64,000 bases of DNA from Gnetum montanum (Eukaryota > Plantae > Gnetophyta), in the NCBI GenBank assembly GCA_015680685.1, contig MNCI01003159.1, positions 477,751 to 541,750 on the forward strand, in the 5' to 3' direction. This document shows positions 35,898 to 49,900 of the stretch, piece by piece. Position numbers and translations under genes: made by a program. Positions within the stretch are counted from its first letter, which is position 1. Every line of letters begins with the position of its first letter. The notes under the pieces are model-generated. The model saw only the letters and a program-made list of their open reading frames with translations. It had not been told where the DNA came from and searched no databases.

Positions 35898-37580
35898 GCA
35901 TCCAACTATGCATTAGGAGTGATACTAACACAAAAGGATGATAAAAAATGTCCATACTATATCCATTATGCAAGTAGGAGCATTGTGAGGGCACAACTCA
36001 ATTACAACACTACAGAAAAAGAACACATGAAAATGGTATATGCCATAGATAAATTCAAGCACTATGTGCTTGAATATCCAATTTTTGTTCACACTTATTA
36101 CAATGCAATTTGCCTTCTAAAGAGTAAGCCAATAGTAAATCCCTATGTTATATAATGATTGGTGATCTTACAAGAGTTTGATTTAATGATGGTGGAAAAA
36201 AAGAAGACAAAAAATATAGTTGTAGATCATTTGTCTTGGTTAAGATAGAACAATAATGATATTTAAGAGTCCTTTTTCGATCAATTTTCAAATAAGTTTC
36301 TCTTTGCCAAGGCAACTAAAGTTCATACACTAAGGTTTACAAATTGGTATGATGAATTCCTCTCATATTTACTCACATAGGAGACTCCTACTAAATGAGA
36401 TCATAAAAAGAAAGAGTAGTTTCTCCACCAGATCAAATACTACATAGAAATAGAGGGAAATCTTTACAAAGCTTGTGATGATGGCTTGGTATGATGGTGC
36501 ACACCTGATGTAGATCAACTAAGAGTCCTCCAAAATATTCATGAGGCCTCTTATGGAGGCCATTATGCAGGAAGAAGGATGACCACATAGATCTTGATGG
36601 CAAGATATTTTTGGCCAACAATCTATAGGGACATCCATCATTTTACTTGTTCATGCGACAAATGCCAACAAGATGAAGGAATGACAACAAAAATGAAAGG
36701 ACCACAATAGTGAATTCAACCATTGAATCTGTTTGACCTTTGGGGGTTGATTTCATGGGATCCATCACTTCCATGTCTAATGGGAAGTCATACATCATTA
36801 TTTCTATTAACTACTGTACCAAATGGGTTAAAGCTATAGCTATTTATAATTGTACCTCTACTACTCTAGCTTGATTCTTTTAACAATAGGTGGTAAATAG
36901 GTTTGACATGTCTAGGACATTAATTTCTGACAATAGAATATACTTTACATATGCTGCATTTGACAAGTTAATGCAACGCTTGGGGGTGCAACCTAAACTT
37001 ACAATACCTTACCACCCTCAAGCTAATGATTAAGTAGAAGTAACTAATAGGGAGATTACTTAAATCCTAATGAGAATTATTACCAAATATAGAAGATATT
37101 AGAGTACCAAACTCAACAATGCCCTATGGGCATATTGCTCAACATGAAAACTTCCTATAGGCTATACTCCATATCAGTTAATGTACAGAAAGTTACCTAA
37201 TCTTCTAATTCAAACTAAACTTCATACACTCATAACTACATGTGAGCTTGACTTAGACATTAACTTAGAACAGAAAAACATGACTCATGATACTCAACAT
37301 GTTAGACAAAAATCAAAGAGTAACCCTAATGATGAATGAAGTGCACAAGGCATATAATAAACAATGTCATGATGCACAGATAAGAAAAGTTACATTTAAA
37401 CTAGGAGACAAGGTGCTCTATTAGAATTCCATGCATGTGTTGCAACGAACTAAGTTTCAAATATCATGGAAAGGATCATACATTATACACTCAACTTTTT
37501 CTTTCAGGGCTATGATAATTTACCACCTAACAAGTTCTCAAAAGCACATGCTGGTCAATATCTAGCAACTCAAACCTTTC
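35898..37580 (+). pseudogene. Athila-type RNase H and integrase (degenerate); 5' part of the element lies outside the window
   Basis: ASNYALGVILTQ...YASR...NYNTTEKE...DKFKHY. INT: H...GGHYAG...C.KCQ, NYCTKWVKA, TPYHPQAND*VEVTNR, TPYQLMY, WKGSY. Confidence 0.9.
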
Positions 37581-40067
37581 ATGGACTTCCAAGTAAGTAG
37601 CCACAATACTAACATCTCGAATCAAGAACAAGCTCACTCCATTTTTAGGATCTTCTCCTTCCAACTTAGTCATGGAGGAGATACCCATCTACCCATCTAC
37701 CATAGCACCTTCAAGAGGATGAAAGGGTTTTTCTTCCTTTTTGTTTTGCATTGTTCTTTATATGTTTTCAATTTTCTTTATATTTTACTAATTATTCTAT
37801 ATATTTTCTTTTTTTTTTAATTTTAAATTTTTACTTTGATTGTTTTGTCACTTCATTTTGTCTTAATTAAAATCTTTGATTTTATTATATGGATATCACA
37901 AATTTTAGAAATTATTGAATGCAACTATCAAGGTTATGATTTATTGCAAAGGCCAATTATGTCTTTGGATTATGTTCTCTACTAAGAATCTATCAATTTT
38001 CTAGTGATATCAAGTAGTGAGTTCACGACATCCACCCATTCCATCTATCTCAGGAGAAGTTCTACATTATGGGAGCATGTATGTTCCTTCACATAAAAAC
38101 TAAAACTAACATATGATCTTGCTACTCAATGAATTGGAAAAGGATTAAGTGGGAATGGAAAATGGTGTGACATCAAGGGGATTTTTTTTTATTCTCTTAT
38201 CAACTTACCTCTTAAGTTCCATGGCTTCTTAGGGGTATATGATCACTCCTATTGGTGATAATAAAAGGAAGTATGTCCATGTAGGTATGGCTCCTAATTA
38301 AAAACAACCCAAAAAAATGAAAATTCAAAGCACACCCCTCTAAAGATCATTGGTTATGAGGCTAGAAAGACATGTTACCCATGCCTAAAGGCACCCCTCT
38401 AACTACAACCCAAATTTATTTCTCACTACTTCTTTCTTCTCTTTTCTTCTTTCCTTGAAGTGATGACTATCCTTTGTGGTTGTCATTGACTTATGATGGT
38501 AGGTAGAGAGGAATACATCAATGTAAGATTTGTGTCATTAGAGTGGACTTGGTCTAGACTTGGAATGGACCAGTATCCGATCATCTTAATCATGCATTTC
38601 ACTAAGGATCCCATGTGATCATGATGAGGATTTTTTTTAACCATTCTCTTTCTACCATTCTCGCACTCCATTTTCTCTCACCTTACTCCCTCATACCATG
38701 ATCAATTGATAGTTTTATTTTATAGTTTGCATAATCCTAAGACAATCCCTCACATGGATACAATGTTTAACTTGAACAACCATTTATCATCCAAGGTGCC
38801 TACAAACTCCTTATGGTTAGGTTATGCAAGGATGTATTAAACATAAGCCTTATTTGGGGAGGACTCACTTGCATATCTCTTGCTTTCCTTTAGGATAAAC
38901 CTTATAACCATGGGTCTTGTTTCAATTTCGATAATTTTGATAACATGCATCATCCAGTTTGTACTCTACTTTGGCATAAGGAACATCTCCCAATTACTCA
39001 TCTTGCATGATCACAATGCTCCAATTTCTTAAATTCATACCCTCAATGTATTATTGTCATGTTCTGCCAGCTTTTTTGGTTTCTATCTAGCTCTTGTTTC
39101 GACCCAAAAATGGTCTAAAATTCCTCAATATCTTAAGTTAAAAAAATGGTTGTGAATAGTTGCATCGATGCATCCTTGTCGATGTAGCCAGACTAATTGA
39201 CACAACCTTGTCAACAAGTCCCCATTGATGCATCATAGAAATCCTATAAAAATGTGTGACACTTAGCTTATTTTTTACATTTTCTTCCAAATGCACAAGG
39301 AGTTTTTGCCATCTTTTAAAGCCCAAAGCCTTTCAAGAGCCATAACTTAATAACCACTTATCCATTTTTACCTGTTCTTCAATCCTTAAGCTTTTGGAGA
39401 TACGCTTTACATTGTGGAGGCATCAAATGCTAAGTCTTCATAGGAAATTATTAAAAAAAGTTTCTAACATCCCATGGATGATATATTAAGATAATATTAA
39501 ATTAATGATCATGAGAGTTAATATCAATAATTAACCTCTATTAAAGCATGAATAAAATAATATCATATATTTGCAATTACTAAATAAGAACTTAACAATA
39601 AAATTCCAAAATTTTGATCAATTAGTCTAACCGAATCAAATAAAGAAAGCTATCAGAATAAAATAAGCTTATATCCAAAAAGACTAATCTTGGGTTATGT
39701 TTATGATCGCAAATGATACTTAAATGAGAACTGTAGGTAGGAGGACCATCATAGCCCAGGGAAAAACGACCACATGGTGGAAGGGATAGCAATAGCAATT
39801 GTAGCAACACCCCAAGAGTAACTAGCTAAGGCCACCCATGCTATCAAGCCCATACACAAGGAGCTTGAGGTGAAATTTGTCTACCAAATTCCCATAGTAG
39901 AAATGGAGTAACTAGGAAGGATGAGGTTCCAAGACTATGATCCAATCTAGAGGTCACACTCACAAAGGCCTAGCTAAAGAAGGTCTACAACAAAGAAACT
40001 CAGAGTTTCATCCTTTAGGAATTAATTTGGGATCTTTCTTGGAGCTTGCAGTAAAAGAAGTAAGAAC

Positions 40068-40231
40068 ACAACTACAAGGATCTCCACTATGATCCATTCT
40101 CTCCACCAGTGGAGAATGGTGCATGGGAAAAACCTACCTCTTCTAGAACACAACTACAAGGATCTCCACTATGATCCATTCTTTCCACCAGTGGAGAATG
40201 GTGCATGGGGGAAACCTACCTCTTCTAGAAC
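40068..40231 (+). repeat. 82-bp tandem duplication
   Basis: ACAACTACAAGGATCTCC...TCTTCTAGAAC occurs twice with a few substitutions. Confidence 0.95.
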
Positions 40232-41511
40232 AACTAACAAGCAGATGTGATTGTAAAAATCAAAGGTATTACCATCTCCTATTCAATTAAGGCAATCATA
40301 GAGGCCCTCAAGTTACCCAACACTGAGGCAAAGCTAGCAAAAATCTCCATAGTGGACCCATAAGCTAAGAAAGAGTGGGTCCAATGGTGCTATGAAGTAG
40401 ACCGTAAGGAGTACAATGCCCTAACTAAGGCTAAGTAAGCCTACTTCAAGATCATGACCTATCACCTAAATCCAATGATGAGGACAAGTAAAATGATTTC
40501 CTTCTCCACCAAAGCATGCATGGCTCTAAGCAGAAAATTCCAAGTCAACCTACCCTAGCTCATCTTCCTTGAAATAGAAAATCATTTTAAGAAGAACAAG
40601 AAGGGTAAGAAGACATTCTCCTTTCTATGTTTTATCAAGAAACTTTGTAAGAGGAGATGGAGAGCCCACTACTCTAATGATATGGTTCATAAAGCTCTTG
40701 CTGAATCATAGTAGAAAATGATGAAAGATAAAGCACCTACCAAGCTTCAACAGGAGGAGAAACCACCACTACCACCACCTGTGGCACCAGAAATGACACT
40801 AGAAACGATGGTAGTTGCTAAACATCTAAGAAAACTTAGAGAGCAGTAGCTACAATAATAAGCCTATAAAGGTGATGGAGAATCTTTTGTCTATGGATTG
40901 GTCATGAGCCACTTGAATGAGGTCATGAGGACCATTATTTAGCTAGATGATGAGATGATTCCATTATTTTTTTCACAAAGAAACTAGGCTCCTATTCACT
41001 CCAATCCTAATGCCAGAGAAGTCACTGTGTCCATTCTAGGACAAGCATTTCCTAAAATCTCTAGAAATGCAACAACCTTCTCTATGATGCTAGAAGAAGG
41101 TGAAGGGGCAACGGTCTTGGTTATGCCACATAAGGACTAGGAGACAATAGTAGAGGTGGTGGTGGAGCAAATTGGAGAAGCCTTGAGTGCTCCTGCAACA
41201 TCTATCTTTGATGTTGTTGTCATGGTAGATGTATAAGCATCATCATAAGTTGGAAGTAGAGGGATGAGTATAGCCTAACATAGGGAAGTGTTAGAGTGAC
41301 TGGTAGGAGATGGGCAACCGATTCTAGATAGCTTTGATCTCCTAGAAGACATTTTTGCTACCTAGATGCAAGTGCTAATAACAAGGGGCAAGCTATTAAT
41401 TGCAAATGCACAACTCAAGGAGGCCACTATTAGTAACCGATGATTGGCCTCCTATAACAATGAAAAAATTTGGGTGCTAAAAATTGAAAATCCCCATGAG
41501 AAATAGTTCAA

Positions 41512-42652
41512 TCTCAAGATCCATGGGCCTAAAGAATTTGAGATACCTTAGATGGTCTTATCAATCACCTAAGGACTTATAAATCTATTACCGATTTTGA
41601 GCGAACAATGTAAATGAGCACACATAAACAACAATTTCAATGCTTAATCCATAAGTGAAGCAAGCATCAACAATAAAAAAATAAAGAAGATATGATAAAA
41701 AACATTGCAAATTTATATTAATTCTAAAAAATATGAGTTTAGAAGATACAAATCTATAAGCCTTTGTGGCTTTCAAAGTGTGGAATTACAAAGGCTCCAA
41801 AAATCTCCTTTAAATTGTAGCTGGAAAATCTGGTGTGTGGATGGGCAAGGTGTGTTCCATGACCATCCTAGATGCATCTAGCTTACTAGATTTGTGTTAA
41901 ACTAAAGGCTAAAGTAGGTTCTCAATGCTCTCAGTGATCAAGAATGAGGAGAAATGGTTGCATGTTCTCAAATCTCTGAATGCTCAAAAGATTCAAAGTC
42001 CAAAACCCTAAAAGTTTGAAAATGGCCTAAAAAAAAAGGTCCTTAAAAATGGCACTGGTTTCTACTTATATAGGTTGTGGCATATTATTTTCATCTCCAC
42101 TTTGTTCTGGAAAATTTTCTAGCATCATATGTAGTGTATTTTTGAAATTTATGTTGACCATCAAAGCAACATATTTTACATGATTCATGCTAGAGCTTGT
42201 AACATTTTTTACAATATGAGTCTAATTTACATTTTCTTAGAATAATCCATAGCATTTTTCATGCTTCATGCTACAAATTACACTTTACATTATGAGAATG
42301 CTTCAAAACTTTACTGAAACACGGTTACAAGATAGATTTCTAAGGGGAAATCAAGGCACTTTCTTTACTCTTAGATTTGATCAGAATTGCATTTGAAATT
42401 TACATATAAGGGGTTTAACTTTTTCCATTTGGCCAATATGCTTACATATTTACAATTGAATTTTCTTTGAGGCTGAGGTTGCAGAACTTAAAGCCCACTT
42501 GTTAGATCCTACCATTCTTAGACCAAAGCTTACTAGAGATGAAGCTTTCTAACAGCTTTAGCAAAAATATCATGAGGCTAAGAATGCCTAGGAGATGCCA
42601 ATCTTTGACGCATCATTGTTGGAGAAAATGATGAATTCCTTTAGTTGTGACA
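41512..42652 (-). mobile_element. Solo LTR of an unrelated family
   Basis: Perfect TSD TTCAA at 41507-41511 and 42653-42657. Termini T(C)TCA...TGACA. TATA on the minus strand at ~42066-42073. Removing it restores the env-like frame EIVQKVHKE. Confidence 0.8.
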
Positions 42653-43889
42653 TTCAAAAGGTTCACAAAGAGAATCTTGTACTAACCAAGGATAATCATT
42701 GCCTATGAAATGTTGAGTAGTAGAATGACCATATGGTTGAATACATTTGCCAACAACAAGAATAACTTACCAAAGTACACTTGGATTTGAGGAGGTTGGT
42801 TGCAGATAATAGAAATCTCTCTATGGAGAATGTCCATGCCCTTCACCATAAGACTACAATTGAGGTTGCTACTTAGAAAAATGAGACCTTGAAGTATGAA
42901 TGGGTCAAGAACCACTACAAGAACCAGGTCAAGATGTTTAATGAGATAAATGAAAGGGAAATCAAGTTAGCAAAGGTGAAGGTAAACAAGACACTCCAAC
43001 AACTCCAACAAAGAGGTAATGTATGGTAGCCCATCTTCGATGGTCTCATGCCTACAATCAAGCAGAAATCCACTTAAAGGAGTTGCAAATCAAGAAGATG
43101 ACTGAGTACATGGAACTTGCCAATCTTTGATATGCAAACTTGATAATGCTAATAGCAGGGATGTCATGATTAGAGTTAAAAAAGTAGGTGGCTAGCTCCT
43201 ACCTCCTCTATGAAATAGAGTTCAAGCTTCATAAAGAGACCAAGAAAAAGTTGAAAGTGGCTAACATGGAGCTTAAAGTTTTTAGAATCAAATTCATCAA
43301 TCAAAGATCCATTGTTGAGAACTTGGCTAGGAGAGTAAGTGACTACCAAGAGTTGCATAACCTCATTCTTACATTTGACTTTGAACATAAACAATTCTTA
43401 GTTTAGTTTGTCAACATGAAAGAGATGTTTCCCACACTGTCATGCCCATAGGACATACTAGCACTAGCTCATCTAGGCAAAGTAACCTAAACCATCCACC
43501 TCCTATGGGGTAAAGAAGAAAATATGAAGGAACTTCTAGATGCCTTCCAATTTTTAGTAGCAATAGCAAGGAAGCTCATGCCTTTAGTGGAGCAAGAATA
43601 TGATGAAGCACCCTCTGCACCACAGGAGCCTCCACCTCCAAGCACAGTGTGAAGATTTTATCTTGCCTTCATCAATCCAATAGGCACGTGCTAATTTTTT
43701 TCAAAGTGTCTAAATTCCTTGTACATTACACTAATTTTGTATTCACACAAATTATAAGTCAAAATGACACTCATGAGCTATTTTGTTTGTTATAGTTAGT
43801 CAATGAGTTCAATACTTTCCTAAATTTTATATGAAACTTGATTCCATTTTGTTTACTCGATGATGAATTTTTAGTCAATTGTGGAGGCA

Positions 43890-44806
43890 TGATGAAGTGT
43901 CAATGAGTTAGTTGCGTCGACACATGCCCATCGACGCAGCCCCATTGAAGCATCCTTAAATGTGTTGGTGCATATGCATTGACATTGATCCTCCTGAAGT
44001 CTATATAAATGCACACATTAGTAGCATTTATGGTACCTTTGGTCAGTCTAGTAGCCAAACTATTGCAGTTTTCTTTCGTAGGACTTTGCGAAATTTCCCT
44101 ATGAGTGCTCGCAATGTGGAGTGAATCAATTATACAGAATTCTATTCGAGTGTAAGATATACTTGGACACTATTGCATGACAAAAATAAAATCAAGATTT
44201 CTTTTTTTCATTGGAGCACTTGGATTAGCTTAAGTTTACTTTTAAGCATTTTACTATATATGCATTTTACATTTTTGTACTTAAGTGTTTACTAGTTCAT
44301 TTCATAGTAATGTAAGTATGACCACTTTAAGCATAACATACTAATGCTTGGTAATCCCAGTGGTGAATACTTGGTATGCTTAGCAATAATAACTTAGTAA
44401 CTTAGTGGTGAATACTTGGTATGCGTAGTAATAATCACTTGGTAACCCAAGTGGTGTTAGTATACATTCAAGAAGTGTATGAAAAGTGGGAATGGATACT
44501 CTATGTTTAGGATAGTTTAATCATTAATTAGTTAAAGTTCAATATTTCAACGACTTTTTTCCTTAATATGTTTTAAGATAAAAATAATAAAAATTATAAA
44601 TACAAATATCTTACACCTCAATCACACTTAGCCATATGGACAAAGTTAACACAAGTGATGATTGGGAAGATAATGACTAGTAACCTCACGTTTTACTATT
44701 TAGGACATAGGCCACTTAGATAGAAGGTGTCCATAGAATTTGACCAAATCGTACGTAACACTTGTGATATGTATGGTTGGGCATAGGGAATACTAGCTGC
44801 TCATCA
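43890..44806 (+). mobile_element. 3' LTR of the basal Athila element
   Basis: PPT-like GTGGAGGCA, then TGATGAAG...CTCATCA. Similar to 4471-5334. Confidence 0.85.
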
Positions 44807-45984
44807 CTTAGTCTTTTTATTTCTCCTCCCTAGTTGGATGGATGACTATTTAGTTTAATGTTGAGTTGTAAAGGCTAAGTGTGTAGCATCTTATGTTTGA
44901 TTTTTTGTCTTTGGCTTATCTTGGCACTAAGCATGCTTGTTGCTCTAACTATACTTTGTTGCTTCTTCTAATATAATCTTTCTATTGCATTTTCCCATAT
45001 ATATATAAAGCTTATTTTAGATGCCATTTCATACCAATGGCCTTGGCCATTTAAGCATCCCTTCATATAAGTTATTTAAATTAGTAACTTTTCCTCATGA
45101 TAGTTAATTTATGACATAAGATTAAGCATCCCTACATTATGTCATCAAAAGAAATGAATAGTGTATTATCATTGTTATAAAATAAAGCTTAATAAAAATT
45201 TAATACATTGAAGAGAGAAAATATAAGTTATTCTAATCTTTGAGTTGAATTAAATGCAAAAAAAAAAACATTTGGGATATTTCATTATCATTAGTTTATC
45301 TTTGTTTGGCAAATTCCCTTTCCTTAATTCAGTTAGATTTTTATATAACTTGATAGTCTTCTTCAATAAAGTTCTACCTTTCTTACACTCTTCATTAAGT
45401 CATTGTTGATTGTTTACATTTGAACCTTTGGAAATATTGAGAACAATTGCAATACCCACATTTGAATTCCAAATCTTTTGAATTTTGTTTTGAAAATCTT
45501 TATAATTTTTGTATTACCTATGATGTAATTTTGCCTCGTTAAATATGAACCCATAATTATTGAAATATTGAAATATAGTCGACATAATCAAATTAGAGCT
45601 TTATAAGTCTTACACTAAGCTAACACCTTACTTTTATTAATATATTTTGTAACTAACATGTAGTATAAAAAGCTATAATTTAATTATTATTATTTCTTCA
45701 TCTACTTCAAAATATTTTTGACTGCCAGAAAAATAAAGGTTGTGAATTCAATTCCTCCTTTTCCCCCTGTGGTCCTACCAATGAACCATTAACTTAATGG
45801 TAAGAGAATGAAGCTCAGGTATGGAAAAAGTTCTGTAAATATTGGTGCATGAAAGCTATCTCCAGCTCTTGGTTTTAACGTAATGTCCTGAACCTTCAAT
45901 ATCGGTTGGAAGCTGCAATTTGATATGATTATTTAAATGGGCATTTTTCAAGAGCGGCGTGGAATCTACCATTACCCCACTTCG

Positions 45985-46044
45985 ATCTCATCTCATCCCA
46001 TCTCGTCAACAACAATCTCATCTCATCCCATCTCGTCAAGAACA
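45985..46044 (+). repeat. 30-bp tandem duplication upstream of the JmjC gene
   Basis: ATCTCATCTCATCCCATCTCGTCAA(C/G)AACA occurs twice. Confidence 0.9.
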
Positions 46045-46309
46045 GTGGAGGTTCCTATCAAATTCCGAAGTCTTGGAAACTAGCTTNGTGGAGGTTCCTA
46101 TCAAATTCCGAAGTCTTGGAAACTAGCTTTATCTTCTCGAAGGCGCAAGATAAACCTCCTTGCGCTTTTTATTCTTTGCACATGTCAATTTTGGCTCCAC
46201 GGCGAACGGTTTTTATTTTGGATTCTCCGCCCACTGAAAGTGTTCAGGTTCCGAAAAAATTGCAGTATGGAGCGCTTTATCTGTAGCGCTTGAGTTTGTC
46301 CGTGTTTTC

Positions 46310-46317
46310 CACGTGTC
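46310..46317 (+). promoter_or_regulatory. G-box/ABRE (CACGTGTC) in the CpG-rich 5' region of JMJ30
   Basis: Exact CACGTG plus ACGTGTC match ~50 bp upstream of the upstream ATG; function unproven. Confidence 0.35.
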
Positions 46318-46966
46318 TTCGCTGCAACGGTGGTTCTGTTTACCTGGTTTCCTTCAAACCATGTTCGCCATGGCTAATGGCTTTCGGTGTTCCGCTGTTG
46401 GAGCTTCCTTTTGTTTAACAGGTAAAGATGTGCATATTCATTTAATTTTTATCGTGATAGCGTTTCTAAGATAAATCTGCTGTGTGAATTGTTAATGGAA
46501 GTGAGATTGTTTGCCATCCTGAGTTTTTTTGAATCTTGCCGTAGGGTAACTTTGATGGAGATGCGGTTTTGCAGATTTCATCAAATTTGCCGCTGCGTAG
46601 ACATTATGATTTCAGCTCGCCTGTGCCGGTGTAGGTCGGTTTTTTTGGTTACTTTGTTGCTTCCTTCAATCCAATTTTCACATGCAAGATGTACTCCCGC
46701 CAGTCCTTTATAATTCAGTGAATTTGCCCTCTCTCAGGTACGTAGATTGTCAGATGATATTTCTTCTTTAGCATGTTAATCGCTATTGGCACTGTTTTAT
46801 CTGAAATTGTTTGAGGAGATTGGGAACATAGAAAATGGTCCGCAGGTAACGTACGTTTTTTCTGCGAGAAATTTGGAAACACGGCATCTTTGAGTGTCCA
46901 CATATTGTCTCTTGGATTTACGTTTTACAGCAGCAATCGACGACAACGTTTAATCTTCAAATAGGC

Positions 46967-49900
46967 ATGGATTCTGAGATATCTGTAATGTCCGTTAAAA
47001 TGGAACGGCGCTTTCTTGCCCCGCCGTTGGACGTAAACGGGGAAGATCTTCTGAACAAAGTATGTCAAGAAGGAGGGTTTGCGTATGTGACATTGATAAT
47101 GCTTGCAGCAACAGGGGATATTCACGCCGCAGAGGCAGCTTATGATATGGCATGGGAACAGCTGCATTCGGCGCCATGGCACTCCGTTGAGCCGGTATGG
47201 AGAGACGCCTATTCACTTTCTTGTCTGCACATGGCCTCCTTTCATCACCGCGCTGGCAAGGACGAGGAAGCTCTGCGAGTTCTGGACATGGGTCTTATAA
47301 TGGGAGGTTCTCTACTTCGTGTTGATCTGAACTCGGCCATTTCTTTTATCCAAGCAGAACGAGGGAAAATAGCTGATGATTCGGGAGCAGCGAAACCAGC
47401 GCTTCTCGCTACACGGAACGGAAGTTCAGCGCAAGGAGCACTTAGGATCCATGAAGTTCAAATTCGTCCTGTATCAGGCAGAACTCAGATGGATGAAGAT
47501 CATTTTGAAAATAGAGAACGTCCTGAAATGGAAGCGTGCTCTCCAGAGACAGGGGTGGGGATCGTTTTCAAAGATGCTTTGGCTTCTTGTTTTAAATTAA
47601 GCTAAATATCAATTAAAAAAGCGTATGGTTTCTAGCTGATGGACATAAGAAGATGGTTCTTGGTTTATACGTATACATTTCTTATCTCTATACGTGGCTT
47701 AATTAAAATTTGGTACGTTAGTCTATCGTCTAGGTCCGTTTCAGAATTCTATTCGTGGGTGCTACACTGTTATGCTTGTAAATATATATTTTTTTAAATC
47801 ATAGCATGGATATTTCTAGGATCAAAACTTCATCGTAATTGCGAGTCAAATGACTTGAAATGTCAGCTAACTCGCAATTTAATAACACATGGGTATGTTT
47901 CCAGGTTCTTAAGAACTTGCCTCAACAGTCATTTTCATCTCAGATTGTTGAGAAGCAGCATCAACTATCACTTGAAAATTTCCTCTGCAATTACCTTTTA
48001 AAAGGAGTTCCGGTTATTATTACTGGAGCGATTTCTCATTGGCCAGCAATAGATAAATGGCGAGACATGGAGTATTTGAAGCAAGTTATAGGTGACCGAA
48101 CTGTCCCAGTGGAGGTACTTAGATTTCTGTAATGCACTATGTTTGTTAATTTATATATTTATGAAATTATATTTACTATGCACGTAGCATCTTTATTTAT
48201 TGAACAGGTTTTTTGATCAAGTCAATACTTGACAGTTTTAAAATAGTATTAGTTTAATTTTTTTTTTTACTTCATAAATGTTTTTATGTTATATATTTTG
48301 TGACATGGTTTCTAATTTGCATGTATCCTAAATGCTGAAAAGGATGGATTTGGTAACCCTGGGCCATGATTTTCAATCTTCTTGCAAACAACGTCAAAAC
48401 AGGAGTTTTCACATTAGCTATGCTAGCCCTAAGAGGGCTTTTGTAATATATTCTACTTTCAAGAAAGTCGTAGAGCTGGATATTGCTTATGAGAGAATGC
48501 ACTTTCAAGCTAGATCAGTGAAGGCATTTCTATTTAGCTGATACCCAATTCTATTTTATGTTTATGAGCATGCCTTTACCAAATGGTTAAGTGCCCCGCA
48601 TTGTTTCACATCTATTTTTGATTGTTTGAGCAATGGCAGTTTTGTATGTCAGAGGACACAATTCTCGATGTTTCTGGTATATTGTCAGGATGTCATTTCA
48701 ATTACAATTGCAAGACTAGCAATGGTAGCTTTCTAGGTTAGAGGGTGTATTTTGTCATTTTTTCTGAAGCTGCACCCTAAATGTCTTTTGATTCATTATA
48801 GCAATACTGATAACCAAAATAGATTAGTGAACTTGTTTTTGTATAGTTTATAATGCTATCGTGGGAATTTATTTTAAATAAAAAGGCATGCACTGGATTC
48901 ATTGCAGCTATCATTACAGCTTTAAATGTATGCCATCTCATGTAGGTAGGGTTTAAATATGAACTCAGGTTGTAGTTTGCCACTTTCATAGATGAACTTG
49001 ATAAGTAAAATATTAGTCAGCAAAACACATTAGAGATAATTTAGCAGAAAAGATTTACGACTAACTGCTGGATTTGTCAAGCTCCATACTCGGTTCATCC
49101 TAAGTTTAGAGGAGTAGGAGAAACACTTTTTTTTTTTTAAAATTCTACACTGTAAGAAAGTAAGCAGTGATGTCTTACAGAAGGGAGAAATATCTTGGTG
49201 CCTTAGGATTAAAATGGCAGAGATGAATTAGAACTTAATGTAACAGGCAACACATGACAAATAATTTAATAATATGATCTCTTGTGTAAGCTTTAGCTGT
49301 GACCCGACCATTATAAGACACGGGTTTTCTGTTAAAAAGAAACAAGGGAAAGGAAAAGAAAAGAAAGAGATCCATGCTTGCTTTATGGTGGGTAATCATT
49401 GACTAATGCGGTATGGTAGATTCATCGAACTTAAGTACAACCTTAAGCAACACCATGATGTGATCATATATGCAGTAGTTGTTGCATAGATGATATCTAT
49501 ACCAATGTTTGTTCAGGTGAATTATTACAATAGGAACATTATTTGTAATCTTGTGGCACTCTTTTGTCTTCAGAGTGCTGGAGTAGCAAAATGTCACACA
49601 TGTTTGCTAGGCAGTTTCTTTCTTTCTTTTTTCGGATGGTTCCTTGATTCATGCAATTGTATGCTTTATGACATATCCATGTTGTGTGTATTATACATCT
49701 GTTTTATAAATGTTACAACTGATAGCAATGTTATGATGAATAGTGTTTTGATTCGGTCCATCAAATTGAACTTTGGATCAATGATATCACAATGTTGATA
49801 GTCCATTTTTTGAAGAATTGGATGGTACCTTGATTCGGTATCAACTACTAACATATATTTGGTGTCAGGAAATCATAGATACATGGACTTATGCATTTAA

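Larger units (their letters stand above)
39713..43652 (+). pseudogene. Long Athila env-like accessory ORF (ATHILA ORF-1/Transposase_32-like domain plus coiled coil), degenerate and interrupted by a solo LTR
   Basis: Lies between INT and the 3' LTR. Starts M(I)LK*EL*VGGPS*P, contains ...FQVNLP*LIFLEIE...FSFLCFIKKLCK (env-like domain pattern), and ends EPPPPSTV*. Confidence 0.7.

Noticed and set aside
44604-44611. AAATATCT evening-element core upstream of a clock-linked gene
   Set aside because: It is not the full AAAATATCT, lies in an AT-rich LTR, and is expected by chance.
46045-46129. 42-bp perfect direct repeat in the JMJ30 upstream region
   Set aside because: The two copies are separated by a single N, typical of an unmerged contig overlap.
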